Below, piece by piece: positions 13,126 to 25,721 of a stretch of 64,000 nucleotides of DNA (within the stretch, counting starts at the first letter, position 1; each line of letters starts with the position of its first letter). The stretch is from Octopus sinensis (taxonomy: Eukaryota): assembly GCF_006345805.1 (NCBI RefSeq), contig NC_042998.1:172298001-172362000 (forward strand), read 5' to 3'. A program made the translations under genes and the position numbers. The notes under the pieces were generated by a model that saw only the letters and a list, made by a program, of their open reading frames with translations, was not told where the DNA came from and did not search any database.

Positions 13126-14449
13126 TATGATAATTGATGTTGAGTACCATTATATAAAAAAAAACAAAACAAATTAATGAAATTCTTGGAGAGTACTGTT
13201 TAATAATGGTTTTACAATATTAATTTTAGTCTATAGTATTGACTAAATTAATCGCAGTACTTTTGTATCATGATTACTATGTAAACAGAAAATAGTTTAT
13301 ATTTATTATTGATAAACAAATAGCACTAATCATTAATAGTTAATATTTGAAGTCAACACTATATTTAGCTATATTTTGGTGTTAGTATTCTCACATTTTC
13401 TATAAAGTAATGCTTCTTTACTCAGTTATTACACATCCTAAAGTTTGATTCCATTTAGAGCTAAAACCTGAAGCTGGTTCATTAGTTTTGACTCTTAATT
13501 TTGCTTATTGTCTTGCCTGAGACTTTCACTCTTTATTTTGCACTTTAGTATATGTGTCTATTCATCTAATAGAATTTGCTTTGCTTTAAAAGTAGAATTT
13601 TATTTTCTTAACTGAATATTAAATAATTTTTTAACAATTGTTTGTTATTGTAATTTAGAAAATATTTTTTTCTGCAATAAAGAAAAAAAAAATCGTCAAA
13701 TGCTTAAGGGATTTCCCTGCTGACTTCCCTATTCTTATAGAAAGAAACAACATAAAGCCAAAGCTCTTTCTCTCTTGCCCTTCCCTCTTCAATTTTACTT
13801 TTTCTTTAGCACAAGGTTCTTCCTTCTAGTGAATACCTCACTGCCACGACTATATCTGTAGCACTACTATATCTGTAGCACTATTATATATTACCAATAT
13901 AGTTATTAAACTTCTGAAATTTCTTATTTAGTGAATTGGAATTTACATTTAGAACATACATAAAATTTAACAATATTTACATTATGCAGGTGTAATTTTG
14001 AATGTTCACAGTACCTTGAATCAACAAGTTGGACATCTTCAATTAACTCAAAGGTACTTGTTGATCCTGTAGTTGGAGAGTGAGTAAAGTGGTCATTTTG
14101 AAAACCTGTAGATCTATTGTAGACCTAAAATTTTATGTTCCTCAGGCTTTTAGAACGAGGAAATTACAGATTTAAAAAACACGAAGTAATATTGATCTAA
14201 TTCAGTTTTGCTACTATTCAAAGGCAAAGCTTTTAACTTACTTCATATAGATTAAATTCAAAGTAATATATTTATATATTAACATTCTGATAGAATAGCT
14301 GGGTTTTTCTCTCCTTATGCCCAACTTCTGAATCCAGCATTAGTTTCTTTTTGTGTGCTTCCGTGTCATCTCTCAAACACATACCTCACCGTAGTTTTGT
14401 CTGTTTGTAACCTGCATGAAGCATGTCGTGCTGCTTGCTATCCTTACAG

Positions 14450-14878
14450 ATTATCCAGCCGCTCGTCCAGCTATAGCCGGTTCTCTAGTCCCTATAGCTC
14501 CTTTACCAGACATTATGTGCCTTACTATCACAGACTTGCAGAAAAACGTACTGAAAAGCTGAAGAACTCCACTGTAGCCACAACAGCGACCATAACAACA
14601 CCGACTTCAACTACTGCACCAAGCATCAGCAGAAGTTCCCTGGTAATAGGAGATAGTTTTGGTGTTAAGAAAAATGCTGAATCAACTGATACCGATACAA
14701 AAGTGACATCATCGCTGCCTTCTCCTAGCATTACTGTAACCATTGCTAGCACTACTCCTACAAACACTCAAGCTAATACTTCAACAACCACTACTTCAGT
14801 TTCAATTTCCACACCTACTACAACTACAACAACAAGCATCACAACGGATATATCAAGACCATCATCGACAACTAAAAG
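14450..14878 (+). CDS. PPP1R12A: Ser/Thr-rich central-insert exon (RLSSRSSSYSRF...TTTTTTSITTDISRPSSTTKR), phase 2 to 2, symmetric
   Basis: tccttacag acceptor; AAG|gtatac donor; 429 nt open. SSRSSSYSR resembles human LRTSSSYTR, and a Thr-rich run precedes the inhibitory motif as in MYPT1. Confidence 0.88.
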
Positions 14879-15262
14879 GTATACTTGAGGATATATTATG
14901 CATTCTGATGGGTAGCCCTTGTTATACATTGCAACATATATTTTCTATAATTAGATGTAGTTACTTAGAGTATTGTGTTCCCTTCAGTTGTTTTAGCATC
15001 TGGAAAATGAAGGATTCAAAGCTAAGTAAAATGGACATCTACCTTGGCTCCCAACCAATCTTACATTAGTTGATGTTTTTGAAAATTTTAAATATAAGCA
15101 AGAGTTTCAGAGCTAGAAGAAAGTACATCTTAAAGACATTTGGGTTCTCTCTATTGTTCCCTATTTTGACATGACTCCCAGTTTCATAAAATTGCCACTT
15201 TTAGTCCACTTGTATAAATTTAGTCGTAAGTCATTATGCCAATATTATTATCCCACACACTA

Positions 15263-15593
15263 GTTCAATTCCACTCAGTCAATTGGTTAACTATCCGACC
15301 AACTAATCGATTGTTTGTTTAATTTGGTTAAACAGTAAGTCATTTGCTTTGTTTTTGTTTGTCAAAGCCTTTTTATTGCTACTTGCAATCTTTTCAGTGT
15401 CTTTCTTCTTAGTCCAGACTTCTTAGAACAGACTAAGAAGAAAGTCAGTGCAAAGTTTACAAGTAGCAACAAAAAAGTTTTGAGAGAAAAAAAAAACAAC
15501 AATTGACTTACTGCTTAACTGAATTAAACAAACAATTGTTTAATTGGTTGGCTATTTAACCAATTGACTAATAATAATGAGGTGGAATTGAAC
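15263..15593. mobile_element. Fold-back (MITE-like) element, arms of about 150 bp with a 16-nt loop
   Basis: Perfectly complementary blocks: gttcaattccac/gtggaattgaac, agtcaattggttaa/ttaaccaattgact, ctttcttcttagtc/gactaagaagaaag. Confidence 0.85.
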
Positions 15594-17294
15594 CAATGCA
15601 TGTGTTAATAATAATAATAATAATTAATAATAATGATGATAATGATAATGGCTCTCTCTAGACACTACAAAATTTTTCAACACAAGAATTTACATAAAGA
15701 AGCTTACAAATCGGATATTGTTCAACACAGTTTTAGCATAGTCATGGCTTACAATGACTGTAGATTCAATTTTTCCATTATTTCCTTTGTGACAAGTAAA
15801 TATATAAAGACATTGTACATATTAGGCATATAAACAGCTTACTTATAGTTTAGTTGTGAGTGTATTGCGTAACAAGTCTTTAATTTTGGATGTTTTACAA
15901 TATAGTTCTACGTTTCTGAATGTCGGGTGATATTTATTTTCACTTGACAGAAGCTTAGTTATATGATTTTATACTTTTAGAAAAAGGTTCTCCCATGTTA
16001 ATTTTTCAAGGATGCATATGTTTAAAGTATATTTAATGAAATTGTAGATGGCTATTTTAATGTGATACTGCTTCTATTGCATATAACAGATTTTTATTCA
16101 GCCAGGCAGCTATTTGCAATATTATTGTTTTGAACATGATCAACTTGTATTACATTTAAGGCATGAACAATATTTTATTATATGTTTAAATTAACTTTAT
16201 ATTATATGAATTTTATCAATTCAAAGAAAAATTGCTTTTTTTCCCCCTTGTTCCAGCTTTGCATACCTATTTTTCTTTGCCTCCCTTATCTAAAAGCAAC
16301 AAGTGTTGATGAGAAGCATACTGGTTTGACAGCTTAAAGCTGTGTGTTATGCTGTTTGTGTGTCACACTGTTTGTTTTGCATTGTTTTTTTTTTAATAAA
16401 GATATTAATACCCAAAAAAAAAAAAAAAAAATGACTTCTCAGTACTTGAAAGTGTGTAGAATTTGTTGATATTTATGTAAATGGTAATTAGTTCTAAACC
16501 ATTGGTTACCTCTTCCATTGGTGGAACAATTCTTAAAAAATAGTCACCTGATGAAAAGTGAGATATTTTCTGTTGGAAATTGCTTTTATAAAACCAACTG
16601 AGGTGAATTGTTGCTTCAATCTGTATATATTGACATTATTATAATCATCATGACATCTCATTTTCATTATGAGCATGGGTTGGCTAGGTTTGCTGTGTGA
16701 CATATTGCCATTCATCTTGATTTCATGTCATTTCGGCTGTGAGACCATGTATCCTCTCATCTAAACTGTTTGCCTTTTTCCCATGTTTTCCATGAAAATT
16801 CTCTTATATGTTTATTTTACCCTTCACTTTTAGTAGTAGAGAAAGGCAAGCTAAAAACTTACCTTGGCAGAAGCTGCTCAAATTATTTAATTTTACTATT
16901 TCTGCCATTATCTAGTTACAAAATAGTTTATCAGCACCATAGTTAATTTCATAGAGGAGTGCAAGAGTAAAAGTGGGGGAGTGAGATGTTGTGATCTTCA
17001 TGATCTTTTATGAGGTTTTGTGTTGGACATTTTGACATAAGTACAGTTAAAAATTGAATCTATGTAGTTGATTTAGTCTGTGACATATGCTTCATTAATT
17101 ACATGATTTTTTTTTCTTTTTTAAAGGAACTTTCTGAGAGTTTGCCTATGTGTGTAATCGTATATTCATAGACTGTTTGTGTCTGTTGTCACACACACAA
17201 CATATGCTTGTGTATGTATCTTCTTCACTGCACAGACTTGCCCTGTTTTGTTTATCAATGATTCATATATATACATGTGTATCTTCTTCATTAG

Positions 17295-17385
17295 AACGTT
17301 CGAACCTCCAAAACGAGATGAGGAGACTGAAACTCAGAGAAAAGCTCGAGCTAGGAAGGCCAGGGAGACCCGTCGTTCAACACAG
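17295..17385 (+). CDS. PPP1R12A: Inhibitory-phosphorylation region exon (RTFEPPKRDEETETQRKARARKARETRRSTQ), Thr696-equivalent, phase 2 to 0
   Basis: cattag acceptor; CAG|gtttgt donor. Clear match to MYPT1 RSYLTPVRDEESESQRKARSRQARQSRRSTQ. Confidence 0.97.
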
Positions 17386-17982
17386 GTTTGTTTTATCTGT
17401 ACCAATTTTTCTAGTAACACCAATGATCCAGCTTTCTATCATTTTCCTCCTCTTTTTTAAAAAATTTATTCTGCTCAATTTATCTCTCGTACCTTTCAGA
17501 CCCCACTTTCTTCAAATTTACATCTACATCTCGCAGTTGTCTTCTGGCCCATCTCACTCACCTAAAAGATAGATTACCTTCCATATCTCACGCATAGTCT
17601 TGCCTACCTCCTACTTTTTACTTTCTCATTCAGCATCACTTACTATAACCTGCTTTTCTTTCATTTTTTTTTTGTTTTTATATCACTTCGTTTCTTCTAC
17701 TGCATTTCTTTCTTTTCCCTGCTCTCTATCACAATTCCTCTCAACTTCCTTCTGTACCATCCTTCTATCTTGTTACTTGCTCACTTTCATGTTTCCTCCT
17801 AATCTCTTTCAGGTTTGCTTCATTTTCTTCTAAATGTTTACTTCATGCCTCTTTTGCTCCTCTACCTTTCTGCAAGTTCTTCTCTTAATTATACGATGTC
17901 CACTACACACAGTTTACTTAGTGTTCTTCCTCATGTAATGTTATTCCGGTCATTACTATATTTTTTCTTGATTTTCCCACAG

Positions 17983-18210
17983 GGTATCTCAACAGAAGAT
18001 ATTGCTAGAGCAAAGGCTCTGAAGCAAACTGGAACTGAAGAAAAAGAAAACAAAGAAAAAGAACAAGAATGTGATAAGGACTCTGACAAAAATGATCTTG
18101 CTAAGGACCGATTATCAAGTGAGATCAGTAAGGATGGCTTACTAGACACAACTGTTGCAAGTGATGAAGTGAACTTGAGAAGTCATCGAACATTGGAAGA
18201 ACGGAGCCAT
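17983..18210 (+). CDS. PPP1R12A: Exon (GISTEDIARAKALKQ...TLEERSH), phase 0 to 0
   Basis: ttttcccacag acceptor; CAT|gtaagc donor. Completes RRSTQ-G(V/I)(T/S)xxD as in MYPT1 GVTLTDL. Confidence 0.95.
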
Positions 18211-19815
18211 GTAAGCAGTCCTTTCCTGTGGTTTTTCTTGAATGATGGCCAGTGTTAACAAGAAACAATGTTAATGAGGTTAAGGAACTCTGCCTTGGAG
18301 TCAGAGATACAGACAAAACTGTTTGCATCAGTTGTCTTTATGGTTGTAGTTGAGCCATTAGCTTTGATTGAACAGTGATTAACAGCATTCCAGTTGTGAC
18401 TGTCCCAACTTTTTCTTATGTACTGGGAGCAATGACTTTATTATCCAACAGACATAATTCTTTAAGATGGTTTGGTGAGGATTGTTTGCTATTTCTAGCA
18501 AGTTGAATAACCACATACAATCTCCATGCCACCATTACCATTTCACAGTTAGGAATTAGCATTGCTTATAAGCACCAAAATACAAAATGACTCTCCCTTT
18601 ATGAGTTATTGATTTTCTTGACAATTGTGAATAGTGAGTTTAAGATTGCTTCACTCTTTTCCTTATTCGTACATAACTTCCCTTTTCTTTGACACTATTC
18701 ATGTAGTCTTCCAGTCACTGAAAGCCATTGATCTACAAATTTTAGGATTAACTAGCTCGACTGTTTGTAATCTAGCATCAAGTCATTTTTTTTGTTTTTA
18801 CATAATGTGTCACCTGTAGCATAAAAGTGTGTTTTCTGGTGTCTTATAGTAACAACTGGATTTATTTTACCTCTTATAAATTTTAGTTTGTGTACATGTT
18901 GCTGCTGTTGTGCACTGCAAAGTTTCAGCTGATGCCATCAGTACATGGAAAATTATTCCTGTGTTAGCAGATGGGGTGATTGATGTTTGATATTTTAAAC
19001 ATAGCAATTATCAAAATTTTTGTATGTTCTTGACTTCAGAATGCAAGTTAATCCTGCTATGAAGCTTCATTGAACTACAACAAGCATTTGATAAACATGT
19101 ACTGGATAAGCTCTGTAAGCTGGTTCGCTTGTCAAAACGATCTAATAATAAATGCCAAGTGCTACTTTTCAAACTCATTTTTAGGGTTCACTATGACTGC
19201 TGTGTCTGACAAAGTTTCATAGCAATTAACTATTGAACTTTTCTCCAGTTAGTCCCTAACACTAAAATTCATGTAAATCTAGTAATGGTACATAATTTTT
19301 GTTGTTGTTGATCATCTTGACTATAATTTCTCATTAAGCTGGTATATTATCAAAAGCATTCCTGTTGTGACTACCCTATCATTTTCTACATGTATTTTAT
19401 ATCTAGGACTACATTATTCAATGTGCTTCTACTTTTTTAAATGTACTTTTGACTGCTATTGCTTGAAAGTTTATTAACCATGCAGAGGTTCTTTTACTGG
19501 CTCATATAGTTTTTAATTTAAGAACAGCAGACTTATGTTTCTATCTTTTTTTTTTTTATACACTTTATTAATTTACTCAGTGATTTGGTATTCTGAATTT
19601 ATTTAAAAGGATACTGTGTGTGTGTGTGTGTGTATATATGTATATATGTATATATATATATATATATAATATATATATATATATATACACACACATACAC
19701 ACATGCGATGATCATTGTTTAATGTCTGCCTTCCATACTGGCATGGGTGGGGTAGCTGCAATATACTGTTGTATTTGATTACATTTTGCTAATTAATTGA
19801 GCTTCATTGTTTTAG

Positions 19816-19900
19816 AGCAACCAAGCGCCATATCGAAGACCAAGGGAGTCAGAATTATCAACCAGCAGCACACCTAATATATATTCAATAGATTCATATT
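19816..19900 (+). CDS. PPP1R12A: Exon (SNQAPYRRPRESELSTSSTPNIYSIDSY), phase 0 to 1
   Basis: ttttag acceptor; consensus gtaagt donor. Open frame that fits both neighbours. Confidence 0.87.
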
Positions 19901-19969
19901 GTAAGTTGTTTTTTCTTTTTCCTCATCATAATTATTTTAACTATTGTACTTTCTTCTTTGGTTCCGTAA

Positions 19970-20154
19970 CCCTTTAGCATTTAAACAGGTCCTATCCAAC
20001 CCAAATATTCAACTTGTTTTATGCTCAACCTTTTATGAGCTGGTCTCCAATCACATCAGTGAAATCTCGAAGCTATGAGATAATGCATGATTAATTCAAA
20101 ACAATGTGAATAAATTAGCATTACCTTTGATAGAGTAATCTGAATGCTAAAGGG
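19970..20154. mobile_element. piggyBac-like MITE
   Basis: Terminal inverted repeat ccctttagcatt / aatgctaaaggg with decayed TTAA flanks. Confidence 0.75.
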
Positions 20155-20485
20155 TTTTGATATGCATGCTCATATTTATTGAAGTTAAAGTGAGTTATTG
20201 ATTTGTTTTGTGTTTTTGCTATAAACACTAAAAAAAAAAAAATGCTTTTTACCTCTACGACTTAGTTTCCAATAGTTTAGTTTTCTGGTTTTGTCGAGTT
20301 CTTCTTGTTACTATTTTTTTGTTTATACTAACGTTTCTATGATTTTATTTTACCGATGAATTTACATAAGGATATATTTTTAAGAAATTCATCAATCTAT
20401 AAAGTCCTGTTTGTCCTGAAAATATAGTTAACAAAGATCTCATTTTTTTTTTCTTGTCTTATTCTATAGTGACTGCACTGGGAGT

Positions 20486-21250
20486 ATCATCATCGTTTAA
20501 CGTCTGCTTTCCATGCTAGCATGGGTTTGACGGTTCGACCGGGGTCTGGGAAGCCAGGAGGCTGCACCAGGCTCCAGTCTGATCTGGCAGTGTTTCTACA
20601 GCTGGATGCCCTTCTTAATGCCAACCACTCCATGAGTGTAGTGGGTGCTTTTTACGTGCCACTGGCACAGGTGCCAGGGGAGGGTGGCAACGGCCACGAT
20701 CGGTTGGTGCTTTTTATGTGCCACTGGCACGGAAGCCAGTTAGGGCGACGCTGGCATCGGCCACGTTCGGATGGTGCTTTTAACATGCCACCCGCACAGG
20801 TATCACAACTACAATTTCAGTTTGATTTTTATTTGATGTTGATGTACTTGACTCAATAGGCCTCTCCAAGCACAGCAGGTCGCCCTACGATCCAAGGTAA
20901 GCACAGCAGGCCGTCCTGTGATCCAAGGTACTATGGATGGCCTGGGGCTGCTATGTGAAGCTGGTGCAGGAAACAGCCATGAACTCACATTACTTGTCAG
21001 GTCTTCACAGTCACAGTATGTCTTCAGAGATCTCGGTCTTTCATCATTGCCTCTGTGAGGCCCAACGCTCGAAGGTCTTCCTGGGTCTACCTCTACCCCA
21101 GATTCCTTCAACTGTTTGGGAGTTGACTTCTTCACACATCTCTCCTCATCCATCTGTAGTACATGACCATACCAGTGGAATTCATTAGCTTGGACTGCCT
21201 TTGCTTGACGACACAATGTCACAGCACTGGGTGTTCCAGAGACCCTTGCT
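20486..21250 (-). mobile_element. 3' fragment of an RTE-clade LINE with (GAT)n tail
   Basis: Minus frame gives HWYGHVLQMDEERCVKK (RTE RT C-terminal motif). The 3' end is shared with copies at 40263 and 47662. Confidence 0.85.
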
Positions 21251-22083
21251 CTAAGGAATCAAGTGTGTTATGAATACACTTTCATCTGGAAGCAGTTGTT
21301 CTCCTGTGACAAAGTACAACAACGATTGTATTCACATTTGAATCTGCCAAACTAATATATTAACTATGAAACTAATTGCAAATGTAGTTTATCAATTAGA
21401 TTGAAGATGAAGACTCACAGCTTTTAAATTTGAGAACCTGTAAGAAAATGAAAGAAAACCTAAGTATTTAAATTGATCTGTTATGAAAGAAAATTGTAGC
21501 TCTTTCTTGAGCAAAGTAATTTTAGAAATTAGGATATTCTAATATTCAGCTGTGTTAAGTTATACTTACATTGATATTCTCTTCTAAGTAAATAATAGTT
21601 TATTTAAAAAAATTTTTTTTTTTATTTCACATCTGAGAAATATGCATCAACCTTCCCTCTCCTCATCAATTAGATGCAGAGATTAATTTATCCCCATGTT
21701 TTCATTTGTTGTAGTTCTTTGTAATATTACTAACTTTAGGAAACTGACGAGAGAGGGTAAATCTCTTCATAGAAACGGCTTTCTGATGTTTTTATAGCAT
21801 TGACTATTATGAAACAAGACTTCATTAAATTGATTACGCACTTTGTTGCTTTTTAGTTAAAGACCTTACAAGCATTTGAACGCATTTACTTGTTTGTGTG
21901 AGGAATTCAGAGAAAAATTAGTTATTTTAACAATTGTAGTACAATAGTAGTAATTACAATACTAAAAAAGTGTGGGGAAAAAAACTGGTTAAAGACCTGG
22001 CTAGGATCTACTTCCATACATTGTGTACCACTTTTGTGTTTCTAGCAGTTGCATTCAAAGTGAATGTTTTTTTTCCTTTCCAG

Positions 22084-22257
22084 CTCATGGTCAGCATAAC
22101 CAAAGAAATGTTCTACTAAGTGTATCTGATATTAGTAACACAGGAAATTCTACTGTTGGTTTCAACAGAACATCTTCATTTCGAAACCGATTTCGAAATG
22201 AAGAGTCAGAAAAGAAGAAAGAAGAAGAAACAAAAGACCCAAGTAAAGAAACGAAAG
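22084..22257 (+). CDS. PPP1R12A: Exon (SHGQHNQRNVLLSVSD...RTSSFRNRFRNEESEKKKEEETKDPSKETK), phase 1 to 1; alternative donor possible after 22242
   Basis: Strong ttttcctttccag acceptor; AAG|gtgcca donor, or CAA|gtaaag in the same phase. Charged open frame. Confidence 0.85.
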
Positions 22258-23096
22258 GTGCCACCTAGTTTCCTTTGAAATACTCTATTTTTTTGTCAGC
22301 CCAGTTGCAAAGAAGAAATTATTAGTTCAAAGAAATGCACAGTACTTTGACAGAAATTTAGCTTTGAAAAAAAAGCGTAACAGCCTAGGATTAAATTAGC
22401 CTTAAGAGTAGAAAGTTATGGATTGTTTATGTATTTGTTACATTATATAAGACAGAGAGATATAGGTTCCTACATGATGATAGTTAAGTCAAACAACCCT
22501 AACATGCTGAGTGGTTTAAGTTAATGGATGTCATTGTGTGAGAAGTTTCTATTTCAAATTTTCTTTAGAAACATGTTTTCCTTTCAGCATATCTTCTTAT
22601 ATCTCTGCTCAGTTTTCTTAAAGACCACCAGCCTAGATAGTGTCATACTATATCATAGGCCTTTTCAAGATCAACAAATGCTAGGTATAATAGTTTTCTT
22701 ACTTTAGTAGTTCTTCACTAAAGTACTTCAAACTGCACTTCATTTCAGCCAATTTCCTTTTTAATCTACTATAACTCTTTCTGCTATTTTATTAACTTTG
22801 TTCATCAGTTGTTCCTTTTGGGAGTATCTTGACCTTGTAGCATTTGATGTCATTGGGTATGTCATGTAGAGGCCTTTATATGGTTGCTTGACTCGCTATA
22901 AATAGTAACCAAATTACCTCAGGTAACACTCTGCCCTCCTGGAAAAGGACTCTTTAATTATATATAGTCTCAGGTCCACTGCACGAAAGGAAAAGACAGT
23001 AAGGTCATGGATGTCATGCCTTTCATTATAGGCTTAACCTCAGTGAAATGCAAAATATCTAGACATATATTATGCAAAATATTTATATGTTGTTAT

Positions 23097-23264
23097 TTAA
23101 CCCTTTCATTACCAACTCAGCTGAAACTGGCTCTGGCTCTGAGTACAAATGTCTTGCTTTCATAAGTTTTGAATTAAAATCTTCCACCAAACCTTAGTCA
23201 CAATTTATGTTCCTAACAGAAACACAGAGCATCTCAAAATAAATACAGTAACAAAAGGGTTAAT
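23097..23264. mobile_element. piggyBac-like MITE with intact TTAA target-site duplications
   Basis: TTAA-ccctttcattac ... gtaacaaaaggg-TTAA. The two TIR mismatches fit CpG decay of an ancestral ccctttcgttac. Confidence 0.8.
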
Positions 23265-24826
23265 GATGAGGGTTTTGTGCATATACAGAAAATTGGAGAA
23301 AGCATTATTTGATATAAAAATCTCATAAAAGAAAATTGCTGAACCTGTAATCTTCATTGAATTTTAAAACCTCAATAAGTAAGTGCTATCATTACATTGG
23401 AACTAATTTGTGTATTTCTATCCTTGTACTTATTCTACTTACTTTGTCAATGCCAAAGGGATTGTAAGGCGAAGTAGATGAGTAGGATTTGAACTTAATG
23501 TAATAAACCAGAAGAGATGAAACCAGGCATTTTATCAACACTAGTAACACTGCCAACTTGACTCTTTATTGATAGTAATTTGTATATTAACTTTATTTTG
23601 TGTATGGTGATCTGTTATTTATCCATAGCAGTAGCTTATTTTTGTTATGATTTGTTATTTCACAGAAATGCTTGCATGAATTGAATGGTATTTCTTCTCT
23701 TTTCTTCTATCAGATATTATTACAAGGTTTGCCAAAGATTGCATTTGTTTCTTCTTTTGCACTTTTTGTATTTTTATTTATTTACTTTCTACATGATTTA
23801 TTTCACGATTTTTAGTAAAGAGACACCTTGTTACCAAGGATTAACAAATTCTGCTATTTGTGTGATTGTATTTTTCTAAATGACTAATCTCCACATACCA
23901 ACATAAAGTGTCCTAAGTGAAGTCATCTTCCTAATAGGTAAACATCCTATCTCCCTACAGCATTTGTTGTAGCAAAAGAAGCGACGGAAGAATATGTAGC
24001 TCATGGATGTGCTGTGTTCTTTGCTTTCCTCAATTTGCCAACTTAATTACACCCAACCTAAACCTTCTTCATTTACGAGGTCCCCCCCCTACTACTACTG
24101 TTTCCTCGTTTCCCCTCTTTGTATTTATCATCCCAGATCTTTTTTTTCCTGACTATATTTTGTCTTCTGACAAAAATTATATGATTAAACTACAATAAGT
24201 AGATGATTTCTTATGAATTCCATAATGAGTGTGTTTACTTCTGAACTGACCAAACTGTTTATGGAATATTATTTGCTCAAAGTTGTAAAATATGTAATTT
24301 AAATCAGAATGAATTTAGACCTAATGAAACTGCTCATTTATTGTTTTTGAGTGGACACTCTCTCTCCCTTATAACCAAAGTCTGATCGGATAGGATGGTT
24401 CTTCACTTGAGAATAATGTTAAATGACATTGTGGGTGTTGAAAATTTTGTGAATGCTGTTGCCTATAAACACCATATAGAGTTTCTATATATGCGCATAT
24501 GTATACATCATGTCACATACTGACATGTGTACACATAACTTCGTTATAAATTGATGTATCATCAACATAAATTTCATTTTTCATCTTCCATAGTGCTGGA
24601 CATTGCTGCTGTGGTAATCAAGCCCATATAGTTTTGTGTTCTCTATTGTCCAGGTTGCTCATCTTAAATTTTTGTTTGGACTTTCTTTGCTAATCCAGAT
24701 GGAATTACTTGGTGTACTCTTTATGTGAAAATCTCAAGCAGTACAGTGTAGCTTTAGGTTTTAAATTAACCTGAACATACCATATGATTCTATGATATTC
24801 ATAGGTATTTTATTTTATTCCTGAAG

Positions 24827-24930
24827 CTGATAAAGAAAAAGATTCAGAGAGAAGAGAATCGTCCGCCTTGAAAGCCCGCCGAGCCAAGCGGGAAAGAAGA
24901 TCAACAGGAGTTATTAATTACAATCTAAAG
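24827..24930 (+). CDS. PPP1R12A: Exon with Thr853-equivalent site (DKEKDSERRESSALKARRAKRERRSTGVINYNLK), phase 1 to 0
   Basis: ttattcctgaag acceptor; AAG|gtatgt donor. Matches MYPT1 RPREKRRSTGV. Confidence 0.95.
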
Positions 24931-25721
24931 GTATGTATGTATGCTGCACCATGTCAAATTACTTAGCAGTTCCTGGGATTTTCCATTTTACTGTAACTAA
25001 AGATAATTGAGTGGGTGTTGTTCACTCCTTGTATAAGTGACTGGTTTGTTTGCTTGTAACTTCACTTACATCCATTGATATACAGAAGATTTTGTTAAGT
25101 TACTTCTGAGTATTGTAATATACAACGCTGGCAGCCGCTTCATTTACAGAGTTACCTTTGCTTATAAAAATAAAAAAATAATGAAATTATTGTATACAGT
25201 GCTCAGGTGCACCACAGCTTGTCAAAAGTGCATATAAAGTATATGCAGTAATGTACAAATGTCTGGAAAGCGAACAGTGTATGAGTCAGATACATGCTTG
25301 TGTGTGTATGGAGGGGAGAAAATCAGGTGTAGTGTCGGCGAATCTCAGGAAGCATGGAAGTTTTGATATCAGTTCTGATGATTGTATGTGCATAATTTTA
25401 TTGTATGTCCTGTCATTTTCATCTTTTAAATACAGTTAGGAGATAGTATTTACATGTGTCGGATTCTCCTTATTTATTCAGAATATTTTCTTTGATATGA
25501 TCTTAACTATTCATAAATTAGTTCTATTTTAGAGATTTCTAAATAAATTTTTCTGGTATGAAAGATTTCATCATATATTTCTCTATCATTTATTTTTCAA
25601 ATATGGAATGTCAGCATAAATTGAGCCTACTGGTAACCATCACTAATGCTAGATAGTTACTAAGCACTTGTAGTGATTATTTCTGAATCCATACTTGATC
25701 TAGTAAACTTTTTTTATACAA

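Noticed and set aside
16296-16380. Extended hairpin as a pre-miRNA
   Set aside because: Only short helices (5-7 bp) separated by large asymmetric internal loops.
17127-17160. Strong acceptor (long T tract, ttaaag) 170 nt upstream of the RRSTQ exon
   Set aside because: The incoming phase-2 frame hits TAA within 10 codons and no convincing donor follows; treated as a decoy site.
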